The translations under genes and the position numbers were made by a program. The notes beneath the pieces are model-generated. The model worked only from the letters and a program-made list of their open reading frames with translations. It was not told where the DNA came from and searched no databases. DNA of 64,000 nucleotides from Clostridia bacterium (GTDB lineage Bacteria; Bacillota; Clostridia; TANB77; CAG-508), in contig JAAVZA010000013.1 in the NCBI GenBank assembly GCA_022791395.1, forward strand, positions 16 to 64,015. The letters are read 5' to 3'. This document shows positions 1 through 10,633 of this stretch, piece by piece (positions within the stretch are counted from its first letter, which is position 1; every line of letters begins with the position of its first letter).

Positions 1-105
1 GAAGAATTTTGAATTTTAAAAATGCAAATTACACGAATTTTTAGACAATTAAACGAATTTTCGTGGTTGATAGTAATCACTTTTTGGGTCACAAAGGAGG
101 AAAAA

Positions 106-2062
106 ATGTTTAAATTACACTCAGAATATAAGCCGACTGGCGACCAACCAAAAGCAATAGAATATCTTAGTAAAGGAATAGTGGACGGTAAGAAATTTCA
201 GACACTTCTAGGAGTTACAGGTTCAGGAAAAACTTTTACAATGGCAAATATTATTGCAAAGGTGCAAAAACCAACACTCGTTTTAGCACATAATAAAACA
301 CTAGCTGGACAACTTTATAGTGAATTCAAAGAGTTCTTCCCAGAAAACAACGTTGAATATTTTGTTAGCTACTACGATTATTACCAACCTGAAGCATATA
401 TAGCATCATCAGATACATATATAGAAAAAGATGCTTCTATTAATGATGAGATAGACAAGCTAAGACACTCTGCAACAGCTAGTTTATTTGAAACAAAAGA
501 TGTTATAATAGTATCTTCTGTTTCTTGTATATATGGACTTGGTGATCCTATAGATTATGAAAATATGATAGTATCTTTACGTCCAGGTATGGTAAAATCA
601 CGAGATGAAATATTAAGAAAATTGGTGAATATGCAATACTCTAGAAACGAAATAGATTTTAAAAGAGGAACCTTTAGAGCTAAAGGAGATATAATTGAAA
701 TTTATCCATCAGATGAAAGTGAAAAAGCAATACGTGTAGAAATGTGGGGAGATGAAGTTGAAAAAATAACAGAGATAAACCCAGTTACAGGTAAAGCAAT
801 TGGAATAAGAAATCATGTTATGATATTTCCAAATTCTCACTATGTTACTTCAAAAGATAAAATGGAAAGAGCAATAAAAGATATAGAAATTGAACTTAAA
901 GAAAGGATAGAATACTTTAAATCAAAAAACAAATTAATTGAAGCACAAAGAATTGAAGAAAGAACAAACTTTGATATTGAGATGATGAGAGAAACTGGTT
1001 TCTGTCAAGGAATAGAGAATTACTCAAGGCTTATTAGTGGAAGACCAGAAGGAAGTGCACCCTTTACTTTATTTGATTACTTTCCTGATGACTTTTTATT
1101 ACTAATTGACGAATCGCATGCGACAATTCCACAAGTAAGGGGAATGTATAATGGAGATAGAGCAAGGAAAGAATCTTTAGTAAATTATGGATTTAGACTT
1201 CCTTCAGCGTTAGATAATAGACCATTAAAATTTAATGAATTTGAAGATAAAATTAATCAAGTAATATTTGTTAGTGCAACACCAGCAGATTATGAAGCTG
1301 AACATTCTAAAGAAAATGTGGTAGAACAAATTATACGTCCAACTGGATTATTGGATCCTAATATTGAAGTAAGACCAGTAGAAAATCAAATAGATGATTT
1401 AATTTCACAAATTAGGGAAAGAGTAGAAAAAAATGAAAGAGTTTTAGTTACTACTTTAACCAAGAAGATGGCAGAAGATTTAACATCATATCTTGCAGGA
1501 ATAGATGTAAAAGTAAGATACATGCATTCAGAAATAAAAGCACTTGAAAGAATGGAAATAATAAGAGACTTAAGACTACGGTGAATTTGATGTATTAGTT
1601 GGAATTAACCTTTTAAGAGAAGGTCTAGATATTCCCGAAGTATCACTGGTAGCAATACTAGATGCAGATAAAGAAGGATTTTTACGTTCAGAACGTTCAT
1701 TAATACAAACAATAGGGCGTGCTGCAAGAAATACAGAGGGAAAAGTTATAATGTATGCTGACGAGTTAACTGAATCTATGGAAAAGGCTATAACTGAGAC
1801 AAACAGAAGAAGAAAAATACAAAGTGAATATAATAAGAAAAATGGAATAGTACCAAAAACCATTAAGAAATCTGTGAGAGACACAATTAAAGCAAGTATT
1901 GTAGATGATATAGGTAATGAGTATGATATTAAAAAGGATGAAGATATAGGAGATATTATTAATAAATTAACAGATGAGATGTTAAAACATGCAAGCAATA
2001 TGGAATTCGAGCAAGCAGCTGAATTACGTGATAAAATAAAAGAATTAGAAAAATTAATGTAA
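106..2062 (+). CDS. uvrB: Excinuclease ABC subunit B (UvrB); reading frame broken by one extra C at ~1579 (CTA-C-GGT), restored protein reads [13 protein letters not shown]
   Basis: N-term [13 protein letters not shown], Walker A GVTGSGKT; C-terminal part continues in +1 frame (track ORF 1751..2062); RBS AAAGGAGG before ATG 106. Confidence 0.9.
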
Positions 2063-2072
2063 AAAAACATAT

Positions 2073-2116
2073 AAAGAAGGGGGTGTGCTCAAAAATGAGC
2101 ATACCCCCCCTTTAAA
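2073..2116. terminator. Bidirectional GC-clamp hairpin (AAGGGGGTGTGCTC..GAGCATACCCCCCCTT) between uvrB and minus-strand ORFan
   Basis: Perfect inverted repeat with T/A runs on both sides. Confidence 0.6.
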
Positions 2117-2156
2117 AACTATAACCTGCCACGACCATAAGTTACAAAATAAATTG

Positions 2157-2372
2157 CTATTCAGTTTCCTTCTTACTAATTTGCACCTTGTATTCCTTGC
2201 AAGAATAGCGCAAATGAGTATTCTTAACCGTGAAAATCAAGTCGGGAAATTCTTTCTTGAACCGATCAAGCTCGTTGGGAAATAAATCCAAAAAAATATT
2301 ATTGGATGAAAGAGAATTCCCATCAACAAAGTTCGTTATAGCTTCACGTTTTCTATCCTGTCTTGTCTGCAT
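2157..2372 (-). CDS. Hypothetical small protein (71 aa), GC-rich orphan ORF
   Basis: ORF with RBS GGAGGTCTAT-ATG; local GC clearly above flanks; contains in-frame CGG. Confidence 0.45.
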   Translation of the reverse strand: MQTRQDRKREAITNFVDGNSLSSNNIFLDLFPNELDRFKKEFPDLIFTVKNTHLRYSCKEYKVQISKKETE

Positions 2373-2581
2373 ATAGACCTCCTATAATAAAAAGTGGCAG
2401 ATTAATACAAAGTCTTTATTGACCTTATTAAAGATTATATCACTTTATGTAAAATAATACAAGAAAATATTGTAAATTAATAAGTTTTATGTGTAAATTA
2501 AATTTTATAAATAATTTATTTAATACAAAAAGAAGGTCAAAGAACGACCCTCCCTTGCTGTTTTTTTTACAATTACATTAA

Positions 2582-2818
2582 CTAAATATCAACAAGCTGA
2601 TAAGTAGCTGTATACAATTTGACCAGTGAAGATTCGGAATTTTGAGGTACCAAAGATAAGCGTAACATCTTTCCAGGCGGAAGGTACGTGGCATAGTTCC
2701 GGGGTAAATTAGTAGCCAATTGTAATGCTAAATCGCAGATTATAGCAATTTCTGCTTTGTCAAACTGGTCTTCAAGCTCTTTTAATGCAACTGTTAAAGT
2801 TTTAGATGTTTTTGCCAT
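2582..2818 (-). CDS. Hypothetical small protein (78 aa, MAKTSKTL...), GC-rich orphan ORF
   Basis: ATG with RBS AGGGAG; GC-rich relative to flanks; in-frame CGG. Confidence 0.45.
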   Translation of the reverse strand: MAKTSKTLTVALKELEDQFDKAEIAIICDLALQLATNLPRNYATYLPPGKMLRLSLVPQNSESSLVKLYTATYQLVDI

Positions 2819-3038
2819 TGTTGTTATTCTCCCTTTAAAAAACAATAAACATTATGTTTCATATTAATTTTAACACATTATGTTCAATTGCGCAAGAAAA
2901 ATATTAATATATAAAGGATTATAAAGATGATATATAAATTAATTTTGTAAATAAGAAAAGCGGAAGGTATAAAATAAAAATATATTGTACTTTCAATAGA
3001 TTTATGTTACAATAGCAATAATTGGAAGGAGCATAATA

Positions 3039-3626
3039 ATGAAAATAGGATTAGATGTTGATGGGGTTATATTAAATAGCGAAAACGAAATAAGACTAAA
3101 AGCTGAACTTTATGATTTGCTAGAGCTAAAAGGAAAAGGGGTTATGCATCCTAATGAATTTCTTGAATGCGATAGATATGATTGGTCAAAAGAAGAATTA
3201 AATAATTTTAGAGAGAAATATTTATTAGAGATATCTAACAATTCTTATCCTATGCCAGGAGCCAAACAAATAATAGAAAGATTAAGAAAGGATGGACATA
3301 AGCTAGTTATTATAACTGCCAGAGGAATTACAATAAAAGAAATGAAACAAGCAGCAATTAATAAATTTAAAGAATATAATTTAGAATTTGACCAATATTT
3401 TTGGAAAGAAGAAAGTAAATTAGATATTTGTAAAAAAGAAAATATAGATGTAATGATAGATGATAAGGCCTCAATATGTAAATTAACCTCAGAAAATAAA
3501 ATCAAAACATTATATTTTAGAGATGTAAATAGGCAAAAACTAGAAGAAAATGAGTACTTAAAAGAAGTAAATAATTGGGGAGAAATTTATAGATACATTT
3601 ATAATTTGAATATGGAGGAGAAGTAA
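3039..3626 (+). CDS. HAD-superfamily 5'(3')-deoxyribonucleotidase-like hydrolase
   Basis: DVDGV motif at N-terminus, NT5C-like length 195 aa; sigma-A promoter TTGTAC-17-TACAAT at 2987..3015. Confidence 0.5.
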   Translation: MKIGLDVDGVILNSENEIRLKAELYDLLELKGKGVMHPNEFLECDRYDWSKEELNNFREKYLLEISNNSYPMPGAKQIIERLRKDGHKLVIITARGITIKEMKQAAINKFKEYNLEFDQYFWKEESKLDICKKENIDVMIDDKASICKLTSENKIKTLYFRDVNRQKLEENEYLKEVNNWGEIYRYIYNLNMEEK

Positions 3627-3628
3627 CT

Positions 3629-5442
3629 TTGAAAGATAGACAAAGTCATATTAGAAACTTTTGTATAATTGCACATATAGATCATGGAAAATCGACTCTT
3701 GCAGATAGATTAATTGAAATGACAGGAGTACTTTCTAAACGTGAGATGGAGGAACAAGTTTTAGACAATATGGATTTAGAACGTGAAAGAGGAATTACTA
3801 TAAAGTCTCAAGCTGTAAGAATGAAATATATTGCAAAAGATGGTGAGGAATATACTTTTAATTTAATAGATACACCAGGACACGTAGACTTTAACTACGA
3901 GGTATCTAGAAGCCTTGCTGCTTGTGATGGAGCAATTTTAGTAGTAGATGCAAGTCAGGGAGTAGAAGCACAAACTCTTGCAAATGTATATTTAGCATTA
4001 GATAATAACCTAGAAATATTACCAGTAATAAATAAAGTAGACTTACCAAATGCAAGACCAGATGAAGTGAAAAAAGAAATAGAAGATATTATTGGAATTC
4101 CTGCATTGGATGCTCCTTGTATATCTGCAAAATCAGGGTTAAACGTAGACCAAGTTCTAGAAAGAATTGTAACAGACATTCCAGCACCTACTGGTGATGA
4201 ACAGGAAAAATTAAAATGTTTAATTTTTGACTCTTTTTATGATAATTATAAAGGTGCAATAGCATATGTAAGAGTTGTGGACGGAAAAGTAAAAGTTGGT
4301 GACGAAATAAAATTAATGGCAGCTGGAAAGGTATTTACTGTAACAGAAGTACGGAATCTTTGAACCAGGAACCTATAAACAAACGAATGAACTTCTTGCA
4401 GGAGAAGTGCGGTTATATTGCAGCAAGTATTAAAAATTTATCTGATGTACACGTTGGTGATACAATTACATTAAATAATAATCCAGCAGCTGAAGCGTTA
4501 AAAGGATATAAAAAAGTAAATCCAATGGTATATTGTGGACTATACCCAGTAGATGGAAGCGATTATGAAAATTTAAAAGAAGCCTTAGAAAAATTAAAGC
4601 TAAATGATGCGGCTTTACAATACGAACCAGAAACCTCTACAGCTTTAGGCTTTGGTTTTAGATGTGGATTTTTAGGATTATTACATTTAGAAATAATAGA
4701 AGAAAGATTAGATAGAGAATTTGATTTAAGCCTTATTACTACATCACCATCAGTTATATATAAAATTCATAAAACTGATGGAACAGTTGAAGAACTATAT
4801 AATCCAAGTGACTTACCAGCACCACAAGAAATATCATATATGGAGGAACCAATTGTAAAAGCGGAAATATTAACTCCAAAAGAATATGTAGGAAATATAA
4901 TGGAAATATGCCAAAACAGACGTGGTGTATATGTAGATATGAAATATCTTGATGAGTCAAGGGTAACTCTTATTTATGAACTACCCTTAAATGAGATTAT
5001 ATATGACTTTTTTGATAACTTAAAATCAAAAACAAAAGGATATGCATCCTTTGATTATGAATTTAAAGAATATAGAAGAGCAGAACTTGTAAAATTAGAT
5101 ATACGTGTAAATGGAGAAGGTGTTGATGCTTTAAGCTTTATAGTGCATAAAGATACAAGCTATCAAAGAGGAAAGAAAATGGTAGAAAAGCTAAAAACAG
5201 TAATACCAAGGCAATTATTTGCAATACCTATACAAGCAGTGATTGGAGGACAAATTATAGCAAGGGAAACAATATCAGCATATAGGAAAGATGTGCTTGC
5301 GAAATGTTATGGTGGAGATATAACAAGAAAGAAAAAGCTACTAGAAAAGCAAAAAAGAGGAAAGAAAAAAATGCGTCAAATAGGAAATGTAGACATACCA
5401 CAAGAGGCATTCTTATCAGTTTTAAAATTAGATGAGGAGTAA
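3629..5442 (+). CDS. lepA: Elongation factor 4 (LepA); two extra C at ~4352 (GTA-C-GGA) and ~4410 (GTG-C-GGT); restored junction [30 protein letters not shown]
   Basis: [26 protein letters not shown]-terminal LepA domain; TTG start after GAGGAG RBS; two track ORFs 3629..4363 and 4360..5442. Confidence 0.9.
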
Positions 5443-5445
5443 AAT

Positions 5446-6279
5446 ATGTATAAAATAGTAATGATAGATTTAGATGGAACATTATTGGATGATAATAAAA
5501 AGGTATCTAATAAAAATATTGAAATGATTAATAAAGTATATAAAGATAAAAATGTCATTTTTGTAATTGCAACAGGTAAAAATATTAGTGATATACAATA
5601 TATTATAGATGCAGTTGGAGAAGGAATAAACAAATACATAATTGCTTCAAATGGTGCAGTCATAAAAGATAATGTGAAAAATGAATATATTTTGAAAAAC
5701 TATTTAACAGATGACGAAGTTATACATATAATTGAGGAATATAAAAAATATAACTTAAATGGTCTAATACAAACAGAGAAAGGAACTGTAATAGAAGATA
5801 AATTGGTAGCAGAACTAGAAAATACTACTTATGCAGAGAATTTAAAAGATTATATTTTAGATAATAGGAGTTTAAATGTTGCATTAATTACAGTTAGAGG
5901 AAAAGAAAAAGAAGATTTAAAGTTATTGAAAAACGAGATAGATAGTGAATTTAATACAGTAAGTGCAACAGAAATATGTGATTTCACACATATGAATAAC
6001 AAAAAAACATTCACATGTAAATATATAGATATTATGAAAAAAGATTGTACAAAAGCGAATGCAATGAAAATTCTTATAGATTATTTAAACATAAGAAAAG
6101 AAGAGGTAATTGCAATTGGTGATGGTGGAAATGATATACCAATGTTTGAAGTAGCAGGATATAAAATTGCTATGGGAAATGCAAGTATAGAATTAAAACA
6201 AAAGGCTGATTATATAACAGATACAAATAACAGTGATGGTGTTGCAAAGGCATTGGAATACATATTTTATAATAAATAA
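5446..6279 (+). CDS. Cof-type HAD-IIB phosphatase
   Basis: MIDLDGTLL N-term motif, GDGGNDIPM C-term motif. Confidence 0.75.
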   Translation: MYKIVMIDLDGTLLDDNKKVSNKNIEMINKVYKDKNVIFVIATGKNISDIQYIIDAVGEGINKYIIASNGAVIKDNVKNEYILKNYLTDDEVIHIIEEYKKYNLNGLIQTEKGTVIEDKLVAELENTTYAENLKDYILDNRSLNVALITVRGKEKEDLKLLKNEIDSEFNTVSATEICDFTHMNNKKTFTCKYIDIMKKDCTKANAMKILIDYLNIRKEEVIAIGDGGNDIPMFEVAGYKIAMGNASIELKQKADYITDTNNSDGVAKALEYIFYNK

Positions 6280-6315
6280 AAAGGAATAATATATTAAGAA
6301 AATCAGGAGTAAAAT

Positions 6316-6954
6316 ATGACAAAATATATAAATAAACAAGAAATAAATGATGATATTATTTTTGAAATAGCCAATGATTTAAAAAAAGGGAAAATAGTGG
6401 TTTTTCCTACAGATACTGTTTATGGAATTGGAACTAATGCTTATGATAAAGATGCTTGCGAAAGAATTTATGAAGTTAAAGGAAGGCCTAAAAATAAGCC
6501 TTTAAGCATTCTGATTTCAGATATTTCAATGTTAAAAGAAATGGTAAAGAATATAAGCGAAGTAGAACAAAAATTGATAGATGCTTTCTGGCCAGGACCT
6601 TTAACAATAAAATTCAAAAAAAGAGAAAGTATATTACCTAGTGTTGTATCAGCTGGTGATGAATATGTTAGAATTCGACTTATAAAGGAAGGCCTTATTT
6701 ATAAACTTATTAAAACATCAGGTGTTCCTATTGTAGCTCCTAGTGCTAATCTTTCTGGAAGTAGTACAGGAACGAAAATAGAAAATATTATAAATGAATT
6801 AGGCGGTAAAGTAGACTATATTTTAGATTGTGGTGATATAGAAAGTGATACTGTATCTACAATTGTTCAAGTAGAAGATGGACAAGTTCTTATTATAAGA
6901 GAAGGAAAAATAAAAAAAGAAGAATTAGAAAAAGTAGTACCTGTAAAGAACTAA
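6316..6954 (+). CDS. tsaC: L-threonylcarbamoyladenylate synthase (Sua5/YciO/YrdC family)
   Basis: FPTDTVYGIG, PSANLSGS motifs. Confidence 0.8.
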   Translation: MTKYINKQEINDDIIFEIANDLKKGKIVVFPTDTVYGIGTNAYDKDACERIYEVKGRPKNKPLSILISDISMLKEMVKNISEVEQKLIDAFWPGPLTIKFKKRESILPSVVSAGDEYVRIRLIKEGLIYKLIKTSGVPIVAPSANLSGSSTGTKIENIINELGGKVDYILDCGDIESDTVSTIVQVEDGQVLIIREGKIKKEELEKVVPVKN

Positions 6955-7038
6955 GGATAATGCTAATTAACAAACAAATAAAAATTTATTATAAATTTTA
7001 GATATATTACTATAAAAGAAAAAAGTAGGTGAAAACTA

Positions 7039-7566
7039 ATGCCAAAAGGAATAATAATTGCTGGATTTGCTACTTGTGGAAAAAGTTTTTTAGGTAAAAA
7101 GTACGATAATGTAGTAGATTTAGAGTCAAGTAATTATAAATATAATAATACTAATATTAAAAATATATCTGTTGAAGAAATAAAAGGTACAAATAGAGAA
7201 ATAAATAAGGAATGGCCAGATAATTATTATAAAGCGATTAGTGAAGCTGTAAAAAAGTATGATGTGGTTTTAGTTCAATTGAAACCAGAACATTTCAATT
7301 ATTTTGATAAAAATAATATCAAATATAGTATTGCATATCCTAATATTAATAATTGGGAAGAGGTAAAGAAAAAATGTATTGCTAGAGGTAATAACGAGCA
7401 GTTTATTAAAAGACTTAAAGAAGTATTTATACCATATTACGAAGATTCTTTACAGAGAAATTATGAAAAGTTATATATTATAAACGAAAAGGAAACCTTA
7501 GAGAGTGTTTTAATAAAAAATGATATTGAATTAATAGTAAGTAGTAACGAAAGCACGGTAAAATAA
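7039..7566 (+). CDS. P-loop NTPase/kinase-like hypothetical protein
   Basis: GFATCGKS Walker A-like; no further identification. Confidence 0.35.
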   Translation: MPKGIIIAGFATCGKSFLGKKYDNVVDLESSNYKYNNTNIKNISVEEIKGTNREINKEWPDNYYKAISEAVKKYDVVLVQLKPEHFNYFDKNNIKYSIAYPNINNWEEVKKKCIARGNNEQFIKRLKEVFIPYYEDSLQRNYEKLYIINEKETLESVLIKNDIELIVSSNESTVK

Positions 7567-7657
7567 TTGTTTATATTTATAGTAACATGCAAAAAACATT
7601 AATATATCAACATTTGATAAAAAACGGTATATATTAAAAATAAGGAGATGTATTATA

Positions 7658-8212
7658 ATGAAAAATGTATTATTAATTCATGGGTTTAATGGAATACCAA
7701 AAATATTCAATTATTTTAAAGAAGAGCTAGAAAGTAAAGGTTACAACGTAGTTTTACCCAATTTTCCAGTTAGAGAGGAAATAACAGTAAATAGATATTT
7801 TAATGTATTTAATGAATATAGAGAGCTTTTTAATAATAATTTAATTGTAATAGCACATTCAATAGGTAATCCAATGTTTATAAAATATATATCACAAAAT
7901 AAATATAATGTTGGAAAATATATTAGTTTAGCTGGTTTTTCAAAAGAGTATTACAATGAAGGAAAAGATATTTTAAATGAAAAAGTTAAATTGGCAATAT
8001 TGAATGATAAAGAAAAGCAAGATGCTATAAAACTAATTAACGAAAAATATTCAATATATAGTGATAATGATCATATAGTTCCTTTTGATTTATTAGAGAA
8101 TTATTGTACAGATATTGAGTCTAAACCTATATTAATAAAAAATATTGGACATATGGGAAAGAAGAGTGGATTAGAGAGACTACCAGAAGTAATTGGGTTG
8201 ATTTGCAATTAA
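7658..8212 (+). CDS. Alpha/beta hydrolase (YdeN/RBBP9-like serine hydrolase)
   Basis: LLIHGFNG, AHSIG nucleophile elbow, 184 aa. Confidence 0.55.
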   Translation: MKNVLLIHGFNGIPKIFNYFKEELESKGYNVVLPNFPVREEITVNRYFNVFNEYRELFNNNLIVIAHSIGNPMFIKYISQNKYNVGKYISLAGFSKEYYNEGKDILNEKVKLAILNDKEKQDAIKLINEKYSIYSDNDHIVPFDLLENYCTDIESKPILIKNIGHMGKKSGLERLPEVIGLICN

Positions 8213-8268
8213 TAGCTTATTAGTAAAGCAATAAAGAAGATATATAAATAGTAAAGGAAAGTGAACAA

Positions 8269-9171
8269 ATGGAACAAAATATGACAAAAACTAATATAAA
8301 CTGGTATCCAGGGCATATGGCAAAAACCAAAAGACAGATAATAGAAGATTTAAAATTAATTGATGTAGTAGTAGAATTATTAGATGCAAGACTTCCAAGG
8401 TCAAGCCAAAATCCAGATTTACAACAAATTGCTAAAGATAAAAAGAAAATTATTATATTAAATAAATGTGATTTAGCAGACGAATTAGAGAACAAGAAAT
8501 GGGTTACTTACTTTGAAAAAAATGGAACAAAAGTAATACTGACAGATGCAAACTCTGGATTTGGAATAAATGAAGTTACAAGGCAAATTGAAAATATAAT
8601 GAAAGACGACATTAGTAAGAATGCAGCAAAAGGAAGAATAGGAAAGTCTATTAGAGTTATGATTTTAGGAATACCAAATGTAGGAAAATCATCATTTATT
8701 AATAGAATATCTAAAAAAACTTCTGCAGGGGTTGGAAATAAGCCAGGTTTTACAAAACAAAAACAATGGATTCGCTTATCTAATAATATAGAATTATTAG
8801 ATACTCCAGGTGTATTATGGCCAAAATTTGAAAATGAAAAAGTAGCACTAAATTTATCCTTTGTAGGAACAATAAAAGATGATATTTTAGAAAAAACAGA
8901 GATTGCATTTTATCTATTAAAGTTTTTATTAGAAAATTATAAAGAAAATGTAACTGAAAGATACAAAATATCAAATGAAGAATTTGAAAATATAGTAGAG
9001 AATAATCAAAATCCAAATGAACAAATTATGGATATTTTTAGATTAATAGGTAAAAGACGAGGAGCGATTGTTTCAGGTGGAAATGTAGATGAAGAAAAAG
9101 TTGCAAACTTATTACTAGATGATTTTAGGACAGGAAGATTAGGAAGAATTTCATTAGAAAAGGTAAAATAG
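8269..9171 (+). CDS. rbgA: Ribosome biogenesis GTPase A (YlqF/RbgA)
   Basis: INWYPGHMAK, circularly permuted GTPase motifs NKCDL ... GIPNVGKSS. Confidence 0.85.
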   Translation: MEQNMTKTNINWYPGHMAKTKRQIIEDLKLIDVVVELLDARLPRSSQNPDLQQIAKDKKKIIILNKCDLADELENKKWVTYFEKNGTKVILTDANSGFGINEVTRQIENIMKDDISKNAAKGRIGKSIRVMILGIPNVGKSSFINRISKKTSAGVGNKPGFTKQKQWIRLSNNIELLDTPGVLWPKFENEKVALNLSFVGTIKDDILEKTEIAFYLLKFLLENYKENVTERYKISNEEFENIVENNQNPNEQIMDIFRLIGKRRGAIVSGGNVDEEKVANLLLDDFRTGRLGRISLEKVK

Positions 9172-9181
9172 GAGGAAGTAT

Positions 9182-9593
9182 TTGAAACGGTATAATAGAA
9201 GATTTATTAAAAAAAGATAAAAGAGAAATAAATTTAATGTCTCCACTTGTATGGGCATATGTTGGAGATGCAGTATATGAATTATATATAAGAAGTTATT
9301 TAGTAAATACAACAAAGTTAAATCCACACAAACTACATATAGAGGCAATAAATTATGTTAAAGCAGGAGCACAAGCAAAGATTTTGGAAGAAATTATGGA
9401 AGATTTGCGAGATGAAGAAAGAGAAATAGTAAGAAGAGCTAGAAATGCTGAAAACCATCACTTACCCCAAAATGCTGATGTAAGAGAATATATGTATTCT
9501 ACTGCTTTTGAAGGATTAATTGGGTATTTATATTTAACGAAACAAGAAGAGAGATTAGAGGAAATTTTAAAGAAAACATTAAAAGAAGAATAG
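9182..9593 (+). CDS. mrnC: Mini-ribonuclease 3 (MrnC); TTG start, extra C at ~9188 (AAA-C-GGT) right after the start codon
   Basis: AYVGDAVYELYIRSYL RNase III-like signature; N-terminal 19 aa only in frame after removing C; RBS AGGAGG at 9168. Confidence 0.75.
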
Positions 9594-9712
9594 TTATAAA
9601 CAATAATTATGAAGAAATATAAAATAAGATTAGACACTGAATATTTGATAAAAAACATCATTTACCTTATAATAGTAAGTGTATTATAATGAATAGAAAG
9701 AGATGAAAAATT

Positions 9713-10339
9713 ATGAAAATTATTGATAAAATTATATCTTTATTCAAGAGAAAAAACATAAAACAGCTGCAAGAAGGTACAGTGAATACTGTAAAAAATG
9801 AATATAATTTTGAGAGAAGTGATGGTACTACAATTTCAATTTCTCCTGTTTTAGATAGAGTGGGTAATCAATGTTATGAACAAGTATTTAACAATCGTAC
9901 TGGTGAAATTCAAAACATACCTAAATACAATATATATGCAGAAGAATTGAAAGAATTAGTACATCCAAGTATACTAAATCATACTGTAATGATAGATATA
10001 GATTATAGTATGTTAGAAGATCAAAATGTTGCCAATTATGTTGTAAATCATATGTTAAATAAGGAAAGAATGGGAAAAATTATACATGAATATAAAAATT
10101 ATGTAGGTGGTCTTCAAAAGAATGAAGAAGGAAAGCCTGAGTTAGAAAAGATAGTAGATTTAGGCATTGTAGAAGCTCTAACAGCAACTGAAGAAGAACG
10201 TAATAAAATGTTAGAACAACAGAGACTAACAAGAGATGAAGAATATATGAGAAGTGTGGTAGAGAGTAGTAGAAATGTAAAAGTTCACTATAAAGATTCT
10301 CATGCAACTGATTTATCACAAGAAGAGTTTACAATGTAA
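9713..10339 (+). CDS. Hypothetical protein (208 aa)
   Basis: ORF with promoter TTGATA-17-TATAAT at ~9643..9671. Confidence 0.5.
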   Translation: MKIIDKIISLFKRKNIKQLQEGTVNTVKNEYNFERSDGTTISISPVLDRVGNQCYEQVFNNRTGEIQNIPKYNIYAEELKELVHPSILNHTVMIDIDYSMLEDQNVANYVVNHMLNKERMGKIIHEYKNYVGGLQKNEEGKPELEKIVDLGIVEALTATEEERNKMLEQQRLTRDEEYMRSVVESSRNVKVHYKDSHATDLSQEEFTM

Positions 10340-10363
10340 ATAAAGAAAAAAGGTAATACAAAT

Positions 10364-10399
10364 AATTGACAAAACCACTAAAAATGTGTTATAAATAGG
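10364..10399 (+). promoter_or_regulatory. Sigma-A promoter for tRNA (TTGACA-17-TGTTATAAAT)
   Basis: Consensus -35 plus extended -10 directly upstream of tRNA. Confidence 0.6.
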
Positions 10400-10413
10400 T
10401 AGTGCACATTTAT

Positions 10414-10488
10414 GGCCCCTTGGTCAAGCGGTTAAGACGCAGCCCTCTCAAGGCTGAATCATGGGTTCGATTCCCGTAGGGGTCACCA
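10414..10488 (+). tRNA. tRNA with Firmicutes tRNA-Glu-like body and anticodon CUC (reads GAG); encoded CCA
   Basis: Manual cloverleaf: acceptor GGCCCCU/AGGGGUC, D-arm GUCAAGCGGUUAAGAC, anticodon stem CAGCC/GGCUG with loop CUCUCAA, T-arm AUGGG-UUCGAUU-CCCGU. Confidence 0.8.
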
Positions 10489-10493
10489 CAAAT

Positions 10494-10536
10494 CAAAAAC
10501 CACATATCCTTGATAATTAAGGATATGTGGTTTTAA
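10494..10536 (+). terminator. Rho-independent terminator after tRNA
   Basis: 15-bp perfect stem AAACCACATATCCTT/AAGGATATGTGGTTT followed by T-rich tail. Confidence 0.8.
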
Positions 10537-10571
10537 TTTGATAATAATGCATTGTAAGTGTGTATTAAACT

Positions 10572-10612
10572 AGAGCAGGTCTAAAAAAGGTAAAACCCCC
10601 TCAGGTAAAAAT
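10572..10612 (-). terminator. GC-clamp hairpin terminator (CCCCCTC...GAGGGGG) for minus-strand ORFan
   Basis: 7-bp G/C stem, T-run on minus strand. Confidence 0.55.
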
Positions 10613-10633
10613 AGAGGGGGGTGCCAAAGACGG

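Noticed and set aside
40-70. Palindrome CGAATTTTCG upstream of uvrB as a LexA/Cheo box
   Set aside because: Does not match GAAC-N4-GTTC spacing/consensus. Noted only as a weak possibility.
22-105. Track start of uvrB ORF at 22 (MQITRIFRQ...)
   Set aside because: The ATG at 106 follows a consensus RBS AAAGGAGG and gives the canonical UvrB N-terminus [14 protein letters not shown]. The upstream extension is unconserved.
1576-2070. Antisense/low-complexity ORFs from the six-frame track (e.g. 1576..2070 -, 3245..3505 -, 16444..16923 -, 18662..19255 -, 19796..20155 -, 20228..20818 -, 22033..22236 -, 24959..25276 -)
   Set aside because: They lie antisense to strongly conserved genes (uvrB, copA, MATE etc.), have no RBS, and are Ile/Leu/Phe/Ser-rich as expected from AT-rich antisense frames. 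Judged spurious.
2255-2265. GAT CGG TTC in GC-rich ORFan 2157..2372 as an insertion site
   Set aside because: Removing the C creates an immediate stop; in-frame CGG read as Arg gives the longer ORF. Treated as an ordinary codon of a foreign gene.
7541-7566. GCACGGTA near the 3' end of gene 7039..7566 as a possible 17th C-insertion site
   Set aside because: Removing the C would extend the ORF ~35 codons through the AT-rich promoter region of the next gene with no protein-like sequence. Natural ACG GTA (Thr-Val) reading is more plausible.
10445-10451. Possibility that the lone tRNA is an extended-anticodon (quadruplet CGGN) decoder
   Set aside because: Anticodon stem is a regular 5 bp and loop is 7 nt (CUCUCAA) with U33 and a 3-nt anticodon CUC. 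No CCG present.
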